Below are positions 21,240 through 32,845 of a stretch of DNA of 63,922 nt, one piece after another. A program made the translations under genes and the position numbers. The notes beneath the pieces are model-generated. The model ran no database searches, was not told the origin of the DNA, and worked only from the letters and a program-made list of their open reading frames with translations. How positions within the stretch are numbered: the first letter of the stretch is position 1; every line of letters begins with the position of its first letter. Source of the DNA: Octopus bimaculoides (taxonomy: Eukaryota); assembly GCF_001194135.2 (NCBI RefSeq), contig NC_068981.1, positions 189,528,511 to 189,592,432 on the forward strand, in the 5' to 3' direction.

Positions 21240-21460
21240 ATGTATATGTTTGTGTGTCTGTGTTTGTACCCCACCATCGCTTAACATCCTATGTTGGTGT
21301 GCTTACGTCCCTGTAACATAGCGGTTCGGCATAAGAGGCCTATAGAATAAGTACTAAGTTTACAAAGAATAAGTCCTGGGGTTGATTTGTTCGAGTCTAA
21401 AGGCGGTGCTCCAGCCTGGCCGCAATCAGATAATTGACACAAATAAAAGAATAAAAGAAT
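21240..21460 (+). mobile_element. CORE-type SINE 3' half
   Basis: Microsatellite plus CR1-like tail. Confidence 0.8.
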
Positions 21461-21684
21461 ACATGTAAAAAACCAAATTACCTCAATGGAAAAGAAACTG
21501 ACAATTTGGAAAGTTCATCTTGAATTATATAAACTGTCAACCGTTCAGCCAACGCCAACATGGAAAACAAGCGTTAATGACAATGGTGATATCCTCAACG
21601 GCCTTTAAGAAATTTTGATGGAGATATTTACGAAAATATAAACTAAAATTAAATGAAACAGCTGCTTTAGTATTCTGAGTACTC

Positions 21685-21895
21685 TCTTTACTCTTTTACT
21701 TGTTTCAGTCATTTGACTGCGGCCATGCTGGAGCACCGCCTTTAGTCGAGCAAATCGACTGCAGGACTTATTCTTTGTAAGCCTAGTAATTATTCTATCG
21801 GACTCTTTTGCCGAACCGCTAAGTTACTGGGACGTAAACACACCAGCATCGGTTGTCAAGCGATGATGGGGGCGGGGACAAACACAGACACACAA

Positions 21896-21934
<39 letters not shown>

Positions 21935-22101
21935 CATATGCATATATACGACGGGCTTCGTTCAGTTTCCGTCTACCAAATCCACTTACAAGGCTTTGGT
22001 CGGCCCGAGGCTATAGTAGAAGACACTTGCCCAAGGTGGTACGCAGTGGGACTGAACCCGGAACCATGTGGCTGGTAAGCAAGCTACTTACCACACAGCC
22101 A
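21685..22101 (-). mobile_element. Near full-length young CORE-type SINE
   Basis: Close to family consensus with CpGs intact. Confidence 0.9.
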
Positions 22102-23699
22102 TGGAAAAATGAAAATGGTAATTATGAAGACGAGGCTACCTTATACTGTTACGAAGACGGTAACGACGGTGATGATGATCGTCAAGGTGACGATGTTGAT
22201 GATGATATTGATGGAAACAATGATGCATTTGATGGGGATTGTCATAACGAGTCGTCTTTTTTGTTTTTGTTTAGTACAGTATCCGCTGTAGCAATCACAT
22301 GTTGAACCTGCATCGACAAAATTTAGATAAAACAAGTAAAAAATATTATCTTTCCTCAAGAATTAAACATGACAGTCATTAGGTATTTTTTGTTTTATAA
22401 TGATAATAACATAATATGGTGTTTCCCTGTAGCAATTCCAGAAAAAGAAAAAAAACCAAAACAAATGAAACGAAATAATTTTCAATGATCATTTATCATC
22501 GAGGGGGGGGGGTCTATTTTTTTCTTTCGTTTTGTTTTGTTACGAGACAGCTAGAAGACCATCAATTAAGATACGATGGTTTCGAAATAGAGTATGGATC
22601 AGATGACTGCAAAAACATTTCGGCTTATTTATGAAGACGATAAGGAAGATCACATTGATGAGAGGAAATAATCAAGCTAGAGAATAGTCGAGATGACATG
22701 TTCGGCTCCGATGAGAGTGGTGATGATTACGATAAGCAAACGTAGCATCACAATGATACTTGCAGTGGAGAAAGATTAATACCTACGTCTACTTGTGTTG
22801 CAACTGCCGTTAAGACAACTAGTAACATAAGTTGAATATTTTCAAACAAATCATGTACAAATCGTGGAAAGATCCGCTAAAGAATTATTGTGGGAAACAA
22901 AGAGAAAAATCTCCAAGATGCAGTACAGAGTAGTGTTCAAACAATTATACACTTTATCCATGCCGCAATGTATTGTTCTTGGACATCTGCAACTGTACTA
23001 CACAATGTGCGTTTTTCATATCTATGTACCAATTATCCCAACCAATTTGGTGCACCTAATTATTTCCCTGTTGGCATCGACCTCACGTCAAACTCATAGC
23101 AATACCATTTAAATTGCCGATATTTTAATTCATCCTTGTCATGAATGTTATTTTGGTCAATAAAATTCTAACAATCTCTAAAAGTACGTAAAAATCTATT
23201 TTCTCGTTTCCCCTCTCACGCGTCTACATTTATTCAACATAGGCGTCCCTCGAGCCCTTTTGTGTCAGGTGATAGTTTGCTCGCATTTCATTCTCTCTTA
23301 AGAGGAGATAACTTCTACCTCTACGGAGCCGCAATAAAATTTCAGCTGTAAATACGTATAAGTACAACTTGACTTCTTTTTCGTAAGATGGCTATTTATC
23401 AATTTTCCTACCTATCATTTTGCAATGCAAATTCATATATATATATATATATATATATGTAAATAGAAATATTAATATTTCTAAGTCTCTTTAAAGGAAA
23501 CTACGGCAGTGGTACTGGATATTAATAGTTATCGCCAAGTCACCATGGCAATCCCCAAAATAGGCAGCATTCGTCCTATTTTTTGGACTGCCATGTTGGC
23601 TTAGCGATAACAATTAATATATATATATATATATCCATAACATTTCTAAGACAAGAATATTTAACTTCTTTTAAAGTAAGCATAGTAAAAAGGAAATCT

Positions 23700-24150
23700 C
23701 GAATTCCTGCATCCGTTCATTTTCACCTCATCGCCGATTTTCAGTTCATTAAATTTCACACTCTTGATATTTGATCGACAATCATTGAAACAAATTATAA
23801 AGAACCTTCTTGCGCAGAGTTCAGAATAGAAGCCATCTTCCTGGTAACAACCTTTCCCCCTTCCTTTATGTCTCTTACATACACGAGAAATATATTCCAA
23901 GAGTAATTCCAAGACTAGCTTTTGGCGTTCCTTCCTTTACATCAACGTTGTTTGTGAGCATAACATCCAACTGGGTTGATGTTCCGCAAAATAAGACCAA
24001 TACGTTCGTCATATGTCTGATCAACAATACATTAATGTACGGCTACGCTACACAATAATATGCAATCAGTTCTGACAATTATTGTTAAATGAAACGAATG
24101 ACGTGTTTGTTTTTACCTGCTTCTCTCATTCTCCTCCCCCAACGAAAACT
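23700..24150 (-). pseudogene. Decayed hAT-type transposase fragment
   Basis: VIRFI...CIVDQTYD...LRNINP..CYAHK resembles the hAT motifs C.GQ.YDG and HCYAH.LNL. Confidence 0.45.
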
Positions 24151-24989
24151 ACTTTAACGTGACACATAATAATGACGTTTATCCTGGGCATTAAAATGGC
24201 TTTAAGACAAACATATTCTCGTTTCCAGTTTAATAAAACATTATTTCCATATTTTTACATTTGATGTTCCTAGGTATTGAAAATCGACAAATGCAACAAG
24301 TCGTAGAAAATGACATCAAAAGTGTTAAAGAGATTTTCAAAAAAAAAAACAAAAAAAATCCGGTCTCTTTCTGTGTATTGAAAATGTGTGAGGGGTAAAT
24401 ATGTACTTTAATGTGTCTCATATTCACAATGCAATCATTTGAAATAGCTGTTAGCTGTGTTGTTTCGTTATTGTCACATTCAAGTCAGATAAAGCAAACA
24501 CGAAATAAACGTTCATCCATTGAAATCTCTTTGTAGTCAACAATAGATAATAACATTGGGTATTGACCTTCACTGTTTCCAAATGTTCCGTTTTCAAGCC
24601 ACTTATATCATTTATATCAGCATAGAATGAATGGGAACATTTCAAAATTACTCTTGCCATTATCTATTTAACTGAATAAAGTTCAACTTCAATAGCTTTT
24701 CTTTTAAAACAAGAATATCTCGTCTTCACACTGTTTACACAGGTAATATATATTTGCAAATATTTTTGCTTTTATTGTGTTGGTGGTCGGTCTTTGTTGC
24801 CTTTGGGTGAGATTCATGTGCTGCCTGGGGTGATACAAAGCACATTAATTCTGTGTGATTCGTTAATGATATGTCATAAAAGTTTATGGGTTCAAGCTAT
24901 TCTTCAATTAATCTGTAGTGAGACCCGGGCTAAACTTTGAAAACTAACCCCCAAATTTCACCATGAAACCATGAACTTATGTAATTCGA

Positions 24990-25197
24990 CAAAGGGTGAA
25001 GTGTCGCCATAGAAAAAGTATTAACGCCGACGTGAATATGACTCGACCAGTCAGCACTGGTTGACTTATTATGGTGGAGGCGGCAATCTTCAAAGGAAGT
25101 GTGCGAGTTTTCCTGCCAAGCAGTTTGGCTGAATTCCCAAGAACTTTTGAGCCGACAGTAATAAACAGTTATAATAAGGTAATGTTTTCTCAGGATT
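24990..25197 (+). promoter_or_regulatory. CpG-retaining unique region, probable promoter or 5' UTR of the signal-peptide gene
   Basis: Locally GC- and CpG-richer non-repeat DNA directly upstream of the ATG. Contains the upstream ATG at 25071. Confidence 0.35.
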
Positions 25198-25320
25198 ATG
25201 CAGGTTGTGTTGCTTTTCTCCTGTATGTTAGTCTCTCTACTTCTGTCATCCAGTCTCCTGACTAGTTTAACATCAGGCCAGAGAGACACTTGGCATCTAA
25301 GGCCAAGTTTGTTTGTTTCA
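25198..25320 (+). CDS. First coding exon of an unidentified secreted or membrane protein (signal peptide)
   Basis: MQVVLLFSCMLVSLLLSSSLLTSLTSGQRDTWHLRPSLFVS: 41 open codons with a hydrophobic core and a small-residue T-S-G cleavage site. Ends exactly at a consensus donor TCA|gtaagt (25321, phase 0). Confidence 0.75.
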
Positions 25321-25384
25321 GTAAGTTCTCTTTCCCCTTCTTTAATTTTTCTTGCGTAATCTGCTTCTTTTGTATTCACACTCA

Positions 25385-25575
25385 GCTGGTAAAAATGAGT
25401 AGTAATTGTAATTCAAAGGGCCAGTCTTGTCATATTCTGTGTCAAGCTGAAAATCCCTGAGAACTACATTAAGTGTACATGTGTCCGTGGAGTGCTCAGC
25501 CACTTGCACGTTAGTTTCACGAGCAGGCTGGTCCGTTGATCAGATCAACAAAAATAACCGTCGCCAAACTGACAG
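25385..25575 (+). mobile_element. Group C SINE body (5'-truncated)
   Basis: AATTCAAAGGGCCAG...GAGAACTACATTAAG...GTGCTCAGCCACTTGCACG. Confidence 0.8.
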
Positions 25576-25657
25576 AGCGCCGGTTTATATATTGTTTGTA
25601 CAGCAGTGAGTTTCCTTTTTTGTGTATTGGCTAAATGTAATATTGTAAAAAGTTTCT

Positions 25658-25879
25658 TATTTCTTTATTGCCCACAAGGGCATAAACGTAGGGGAGACAG
25701 ACAAAGGTATTAAGTCGATTACATCGACCCCAATGCGTAACTGATACTTAATTTATCGAGCCCGAAAGGATGAAAGGCAAAGTCGACATCGGCGGAATTT
25801 GAACTCAGAACGTAACGGCAGACGAAATACCGCTAAGCGTTTCGCCCGGCGTGCTAACGTTTCTGCCAACTCGCCGCCT
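25658..25879 (-). mobile_element. Young group M SINE inside the first intron
   Basis: Near-consensus. Flanked by TATTGTAAAA(A/T)GTTTCT at 25641-25657 and 25880-25896. Confidence 0.9.
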
Positions 25880-25920
25880 TATTGTAAAATGTTTCTGCGT
25901 CATTTTGCTTTTCCCCCCAG

Positions 25921-25958
25921 TGTTCTATGAGAACTGTGAATGCTACGGTTTACATTAG
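25921..25958 (+). CDS. Candidate second coding exon (CSMRTVNATVYI-R)
   Basis: Strong acceptor cattttgcttttccccccag, in phase 0 with exon 1 and containing an N-A-T sequon. It needs a non-canonical GC donor (AG|gcaatt). Confidence 0.35.
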
Positions 25959-27061
25959 GCAATTCTTGAGTTAAAACAATGAAAGTAAATTTGATTGGAA
26001 GTGATGACAGTGACATTCCATACTTTCATAAAAGAAACTGGTGAAATCCCGTAATTCTGTTTTCAAAAGCCCCATTCATTATATCGCATCCATAGGCACA
26101 CACTTATATAGTAACTTTTAAAAATGTTTTAAGTATATTAGAAACAACGGCTGAGATACAACACAGTTACATACAAGCAATGCAGTATTCCTGTATAACT
26201 ACCGAGCTCTACAGAAGCAAGCTACGGGAAGTGGTGGCGTTGTTCCTGTCGCTTCACTATAGATTGTTTACATGAAATTACCTGATTTCACGGTTGTCAC
26301 TTCCAGTTAATTTCCTTTCGCTTTTTTTAAGCCTCTAAACTGCATATTAACCAATTCTTGTATATTTATATTCTTATTGTGTGTTATATTTATGTTGCTG
26401 AGTGTTAGTGTTGTAGTTTTTGTTCTTTGGTATTGTTTGTAAGAACATGACGAATTTGGTTGGTCTTAATAATGTAGAACTGTGTTCCTAGATAATTATC
26501 TTATGATTAGGACAATTGTGCAACTGTACTGGAAACTGAAACCGAAAGTAACTGACGTGCGATCTAAATACAAGGCTGACGTTTATTTTATAGAGGAGAT
26601 AGAAAACCATTGAGATGTCGCTGAAATAGTGAAAAATCAAACGACCTCTTGTGATATCCTGTTTAAGAAAAATACAGTTTCTAGGTGTGTTGATACCATA
26701 ATTTTGGTTACTAGAATATTTTACGATATTCGTGAGAATGTTTTCTTGCAGACACTGTTATTAGAAAACTAATGTAAACTGAAGTATCTAATTGGTATAT
26801 TATCTGAATAATGTTACGAAATTCATACTGAGGGTGATAAGTGATTTAAGAATTGATATTTTAAGGGTCATTTCCTCAGATTAAAACATGTCAAATATCT
26901 AGAATGACAAATTATAATGTAAACGATACATACATACATACATTCATAAAATCGTGTAAATCATACTTAATTCGTCCAATTGTACACGAACGTGTAAAAT
27001 ATGACTGGACATGATTATATTTTATTCAACCCTGCTTCATATGACTCTAATTATTTAATTC

Positions 27062-27438
27062 CAGCTTCACCAAGCTCCAATCTGATCTAGCAAGGTTTCT
27101 ACAGCTAGATGCCCTTCCTAACGCCAGCCACACCGAGAGTGTGGTGGGTGCTTTTTACATGCCAGTCAGGCGGCACTGGCATCGATCACGCTCGAATGGT
27201 GCTTTTATGAGCCACCGGCACGGGTGCAGATCAGGCGGCACTGGCATCGGTCACGACTACGATTTCGCTTGGCTCAACAGGTCTTCTCAAGCACAGCATA
27301 TTACCCGACGATTGAAGGGTACTTTTAAACGGGCCGGTTATGCGGCACTCGCACCCTCTACGGCTACGGCTCACTAGACTTGCCTGGTCTTTTCAATCAC
27401 AGCATATCTCCAAAGGTCTCGGTCACTTGTCATTGCCT
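27062..27438 (-). mobile_element. RTE LINE 3' end (last codons plus 3' UTR)
   Basis: The minus strand encodes AMTSDRDLWRYAVIEKT. It is followed by a UTR with two hairpin repeat units. Confidence 0.85.
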
Positions 27439-27818
27439 TATATTATATTATAGCAATATATTATAATCGGTTGCCCATGATGAACTATCACACAGACTCC
27501 TCATCATCCTATGGACACTCTCAGAAAAGAAAGACTTATTCCTGATACTGCTATCCCATGCAGTTTTTATTTTCCACTTCCAGCAAGATTATTTACAAAT
27601 CAGATGCAAAGAATACATGATAGTTTCGACAATAAAATGCATATTCTCTTCTCTTCGCTAGCTACTTAACAAACCAGTAAAGACTTCTTTAATGGATAAA
27701 ACAAAACACTGCCGGACAAAATAATAGAGATAACAAAAACTACTCGCTTTCAATTAAACTAACTGAATTCCGTTTGCCACAACTTTCAGCTTGCACTTTC
27801 ATGTTTTGCTTTATTCTA

Positions 27819-27945
27819 CAGGGTGTCCACAAAGTCTGGGTACATGGAGTAAATAAAATCATAACATAAACAATTAAATATAAGAAATAATAATTTCTTA
27901 AAGTATGTGTTAATCCCCGTGTACTCAGACTTTGTGGACACCTTG
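27819..27945. mobile_element. 127-bp Tc1/mariner-type MITE
   Basis: 26-bp TIRs CAGGGTGTCCACAAAGTCTGGGTACA / CAAGGTGTCCACAAAGTCTGAGTACA (2 mismatches) with TA on both sides. Confidence 0.9.
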
Positions 27946-28029
27946 TATATAGACTCCTCCACTCACGATGGTTCTTAGAATGGTTGGGTCACTCCATTCG
28001 TGTCTCTCCCTTTTCCTTAACACAAATTA

Positions 28030-28423
28030 ATTTACAATGGTTATTGTTGTTGGCACTCCGTCGCTTACGACGTCGAGGGTTCCAGTTGATCCGATCAACG
28101 GAACAGCCTGCTCGTGAAATAAACGTGCAAGTGGCTGAGCACTCCACAGACACGTGTACCCTTAACGTAGTTCTCGGGGATAATCAGCGTGGCACAGTGT
28201 AACAAGGCTGACCCTTTGAATTACAGGCACAACAAGGAAGTAAGAGTGAGAGAAAGTTGTGGTGAAAGAGTACAGCAGGGTTCGCCACCATCCCCTGCCG
28301 GAGCCTCGTGGAGCTTTAGGTGTTTTCGCTCAATAAACACTCACAACGCCCGGTCTGGGAATCGAAACCGCGATCCTACGACCGCGTGTCCACTGCCCTA
28401 ACCACTGGGCCATTGCGCCTCCA
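28030..28423 (-). mobile_element. Full-length group C1 SINE
   Basis: A box TGGCCCAGTGG, B box GTTTCGATTCC, complete body and (CAA)n tail. Confidence 0.9.
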
Positions 28424-28599
28424 TACAATGGTTATAACGTAGCGTAAAGGATGGGAAGAAATGCATTGATGGCATCTCAACTTCTCAAACTGAGAACTTG
28501 ATGTGGGTGTTGAAAAAGAAAGGAACACGAAGTGATGCGAGGAAAGAAGCTGGGATATTCTAGTCATTAAAGTGTATTATTATATTCTTGGTCAAAAAT

Positions 28600-29002
28600 G
28601 GTGGGCTGGCAGAAACGTTAGTACGCCCGGCGAAATGCTTAGCGGTATTTCGTCTGCCGTTACGTTCTGAGTTCAAATTCCACCGAGGTCGACTTTTCCT
28701 TTCATGCTTTCAGGGTCGATTAAATAAGTATCAGTTACGCACTGGAGTCGTTGTAATTGACTTTATCCCTTTGTCTGTCCTTGTTTGTCCCCTGTATGTT
28801 TAGCCCCTTCAGGGCAATAAAGAAATAAGAAACATTAGCACACCAGGAGAAATGCTTAGCAGTATTTTGTCTGCCTTTATACTCTGAGTTCAAATTCTGC
28901 CGAGGTCGACTTTGCCTTTCATCCTTTCGGGGTCGATAAACTAAGTACCAGTTGCGTACTAGGGTCGATCTAATTTTGGGCCTTGTGCCTAGAGTAGAAA
29001 AG
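28600..29002 (+). mobile_element. Tandem dimer of group M SINEs (long-tail then short-tail)
   Basis: Two central domains in series. Outer direct repeat ATTATATTCTT(G/A)GTCA at 28579-28594 and 29003-29018. Confidence 0.85.
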
Positions 29003-29074
29003 ATTATATTCTTAGTCATTAAACTATTTAAGATCAATATAGGAAGTGTATAATGGAATTCTAAATAATACAAG

Positions 29075-29235
29075 AGAGAGAGAGAGAGAGAGAGAGATTG
29101 ACAGATATGTAGAGAGATAGAAGACAGACAGGCAGATAGAGATATAAAAAGAAAGCTACAGAATAACGCGATAGGGGGAGATAGAGATAGACAGAGAGAA
29201 AGAGAGGAGAGAGAAAGAATAAGAGAAAGAAAGAG
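29075..29235. repeat. (GA)/(GATA)-rich simple repeat
   Basis: Directly visible. Confidence 0.9.
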
Positions 29236-30004
29236 CAAGCATTACTTACAGTGTAATCCAAGCCTTTAAGAAAGCTGTAGTGTCAACATAAAACAGCTAA
29301 AATCCATTGGAGCTACCGAATAACTAATGGAATTTAATGAAAAAGACTACAATTAAACAGGGGATTAGTTTTTTTATGCTGCACCAGATGCAAAGGGATT
29401 TGCATAATATGTCACAAGATACAATGTGAGGTCTGTAAGATGTTAACACCAGCTTCAAGTAACGTCGGTACAGAGTGAATATGGCAGGAACTTTTAAAAA
29501 AATAGGTCTGTAGAACAGTGAAATGAAGAATGGCACTAGTATTGTGCAGAGTTGATTCAAATGATACCATAGGTTTCATATAAATATTGCAGGATAGATG
29601 TGAAAACTGAAGAATCCGAAAAAGCCTGACGCTAAGTTATTATGTGCATGTATTTCTATTTGTGCCAATGTATATGCGGTGCAATATATAAAACAAAGAG
29701 TGATGGAATGCCAGAGTAATCCATCTGAGAAGAAAAAGGAAACAAGTGAAAAAAAATTGCAAAATGCAGACCATCAAGAAATACTTGTCGATAATAGTAA
29801 AAAAGTTACAATCATTAACAGAACAATTTAATAAGAGAATGAAAATTGTGCAACTGCTAATGCCAATCAATGAAATGTGAGAAGAGAGAGGAACCTACCA
29901 AACACAGTTTACTGAGATAAATCTGAGTAAATACGGCTGTCAGTGGGATTGACACACAGGGTTTAGCTGTGGAAGAAGGTTATCTCTCCATCTTTAGATG
30001 CAGA

Positions 30005-30396
30005 AAGACACACATGCGCACACGTATGCACGCACATACCCAAACACACACACAGAAACACACACACACAGTGGTACACACACAGTAGTACACACACACA
30101 CAGTGGTACACACATACACACACACACACACATAGAGGCTCCTGCACCCACCCACATAGAGAGGCCCACACACACGCACACACAAGCACACGCACACATA
30201 CAGAAGCACGCACACACACACACATAGAGGCTCACGCACCCACCGACACAGAGAGGCACAGATACACGCACACGCAGGCACACGCACACATATAGAAGCA
30301 CACACACGCACATACACATAGAGGCTCACGTACCCACCGACACAGAGAGGCACAGACACAGACACACACACATACACACACATAGAGGCACACATA
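30005..30396. repeat. CA-derived higher-order minisatellite (about 92-94 bp unit)
   Basis: CATAGAGGC anchors at 30131, 30223, 30317 and 30381. Confidence 0.85.
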
Positions 30397-30575
30397 NNNN
30401 NNNNNNNNNNNNNNNNNNNNNNNNNNNNNNNNNNNNNNNNNNNNNNNNNNNNNNNNNNNNNNNNNNNNNNNNNNNNNNNNNNNNNNNNNNNNNNNNNNNN
30501 NNNNNNNNNNNNNNNNNNNNNNNNNNNNNNNNNNNNNNNNNNNNNNNNNNNNNNNNNNNNNNNNNNNNNNNNNNN

Positions 30576-30576
30576 N

Positions 30577-30646
<70 letters not shown>
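30576..30646. repeat. (TC)n microsatellite
   Basis: Directly visible. Confidence 0.95.
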
Positions 30647-30647
<1 letters not shown>

Positions 30648-30667
30648 TAAACGCACACACCACGCTA

Positions 30668-30815
30668 GGGGCTTCCTTACATTTCAGTCTACCAAATTTC
30701 CTCACATTGTTCGGTCCTAGCTTTTGTAGAAAACTCGAGGTGCCATGTAATAAGACTGAACTCAAAACCACATGGTGTGTTTAAGAAGCTCGCTTCTTAA
30801 TCACACACAGCAGAA
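30668..30815 (-). mobile_element. Old CORE-type SINE head
   Basis: CAGTCTACCAAAT...GAGGTGCCATG...GACTGAACTC. Confidence 0.6.
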
Positions 30816-31857
30816 CCATGTACAAACTTTAATTCGCAAAGTTTGAATAAATCTAGCTGGATGGCTACATAGTGGATTGCTAGTGAATTACAGCATGGAA
30901 GATTGGCGCAGTTAAGCACCAACATAAACAGAGTCAACAATATGTCACAGCATACATTTGGCATGAGAGATGGGTGGGGGAGAAGGAGAGAGAGTGTGTA
31001 AAGGAGGGAGAGAAAGAGAAAGATGGATTGTGAGAGAATGTCTTAATTATGGAACCAAATGGTTTGGCTGTTACAGGCATGAAGATGAACTCTTATGAAA
31101 GGTTACATATGATTTTCATTGTCTGTAAATGTGTATGGAATCTTCTTGTGAGACTCAGACAGAGTAATACAAGTGTATGAATTCGTCGCCAGAGAAATTG
31201 TCATAAGTTTGTGTGTAATAAAATAAGGTGGTGTGAAAGAGACAGAAAGTGTGTGGGTGAGTAAAAGAATGCTTCAGCACAAAGCCATGCAGCGTAGGTG
31301 CTGCAGGCAAAAGAAAATATACGAAGAAATGTCAAAAATAAGCTTATTTTATAATCTTTAATAGACGCCAAAAAGCTGTTCAAAGAATTACGAGTGCATC
31401 AAAAGTAAACTGTCTAATTAGTTGAAAATAGCCATAAGAACAGTCATGTAACATGCTTCTGAAATGGTGACTTTCTGCTACGACCATTTAGGCGAGATCA
31501 TGTGACCCTTACTGGTGAGCCAAAACTGAAATATTAAATTTGACACAGCCAGAGACAATTATAATGCTATAATGAATGTATATATGCCTGTCTGTCTGTC
31601 TCTGTGAGAATGAGAGACACACTAAGTGTGAGTAGGGGAGATAGACAGAGTAAGGGTTACGCTACACATGCAAACCTTGGTTATTTTGACCCTGATTATA
31701 ATCATTTCTCTATGTTCGGTTATAAAGTGAAAATATTCAACAAATCCTGAGTTTTAACGAATGCTGATCATCAGTAACTCCAATTAGCAAAAATCAATCT
31801 TGCATGCTATGCAGAATCAAGAAAAAAAGAAAAAAAGAAAAGAGAAAAGAAGAAACT

Positions 31858-32080
31858 TAACACTGGCACTCCATAACTTGCGACTACGAGTGTTCCGATC
31901 AACAGAACGGCCTGCTGACGAAATTAATGTGCAAGTGAATGAGTACTCCTCAGATAGGCGTATCCTTAGCATAGAACTCAGGAAGATTCATCTTGACATT
32001 GCATGTAACAAGGCTGGCCGTTTGAATTACAGATTCTACTCATTTTCGCTCGCCGAGTAGAGTAACGTGAAATAAAGTAG
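31858..32080 (-). mobile_element. Old group C2 SINE
   Basis: CGATCAACAGAACGGCCTGCTGACGAAATTAATGTGCAAGTG...CGTGAAATAAAGT. Confidence 0.7.
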
Positions 32081-32449
32081 GTAAGTATTACCTTGCTTGG
32101 AAACAAGTGAGGATTGGCAACAAGAAAAGCATTCAGCTGTTTGCCTCTTCGAATTATGTCTGACTCATGCAAACACAAAAAAAGGTGGACGTCAAATGAA
32201 GATTATGGTGTTGTACTACTGGATAGACCGACTTAGTCATCCATTCCAGCGTTTGTATTTTACTTCAAAATTACACTGCAAAGAATTGGCGTTCTTTGAA
32301 ATAACACGTTAGCGAGAAATTGTTTGTTAATCACTTCTTTCATCTTACTGAGTCCTTTAGCTGTTTCCTAATTTAATTATTAATTCATATATGCTCTGTT
32401 TTCTCTATTTTCAGTATCTGTTCACTCACCTAAGAAGTTCATTTTATAG

Positions 32450-32845
32450 CGCCTTGATCTGGGGTTCAGTCCCACTTCATGGCTTCCTGTGCCACCTGAA
32501 GGTTTGTGAATGGATTTAGCATAAGAAAACTGAAAGAAGCTCATCGTATACAAATGTGTGTCTATGTCTATGTGATGCCTAAGTGTCTGCGTGTGAGTTT
32601 GTGTTTCCATGTCTTGACATTGTGTAAATAGTTGTACAATGAGTGTCATAGTCTCGCACAAGCGTTGTCTTTCATTTCCAGTTTTCCATCTGGCCAGGGG
32701 GAAATGCTGCCTCGTTTGGAAACATATGAGGTCTGAGGACAAAAAGATCGTCTGGCCATAGAAAAAGAATTCTCTCTGACCCATACAAACATAGGAAAGT
32801 GGACGTTAAAACGATAATGACGACGATAACAAGAACAACAACAAC
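32450..32845 (+). mobile_element. CORE-type SINE variant with RTE-derived 3' tail
   Basis: CORE head (GGGTTCAGTCCCAC...AAACTGAAAGAAGC) and microsatellite. The 3' end AAAGTGGACGTTAAAACGATAATGACG matches the RTE tail. Confidence 0.65.

Noticed and set aside
22560-23030. piggyBac-like relic (acidic N-terminus and Cys-rich tail)
   Set aside because: Only vague compositional similarity, with no TTAA/TIR or DDD motifs identified.
24930-25379. 149-aa minus-strand ORF
   Set aside because: No recognisable domain. It is antisense to the signal-peptide exon and begins in a SINE edge.
25198-25958. Assignment to the TMEM87/GOST family from WH...PS and NATVYIR resemblance
   Set aside because: Too short and weak, and I found no downstream family exons. 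The gene symbol is left empty.
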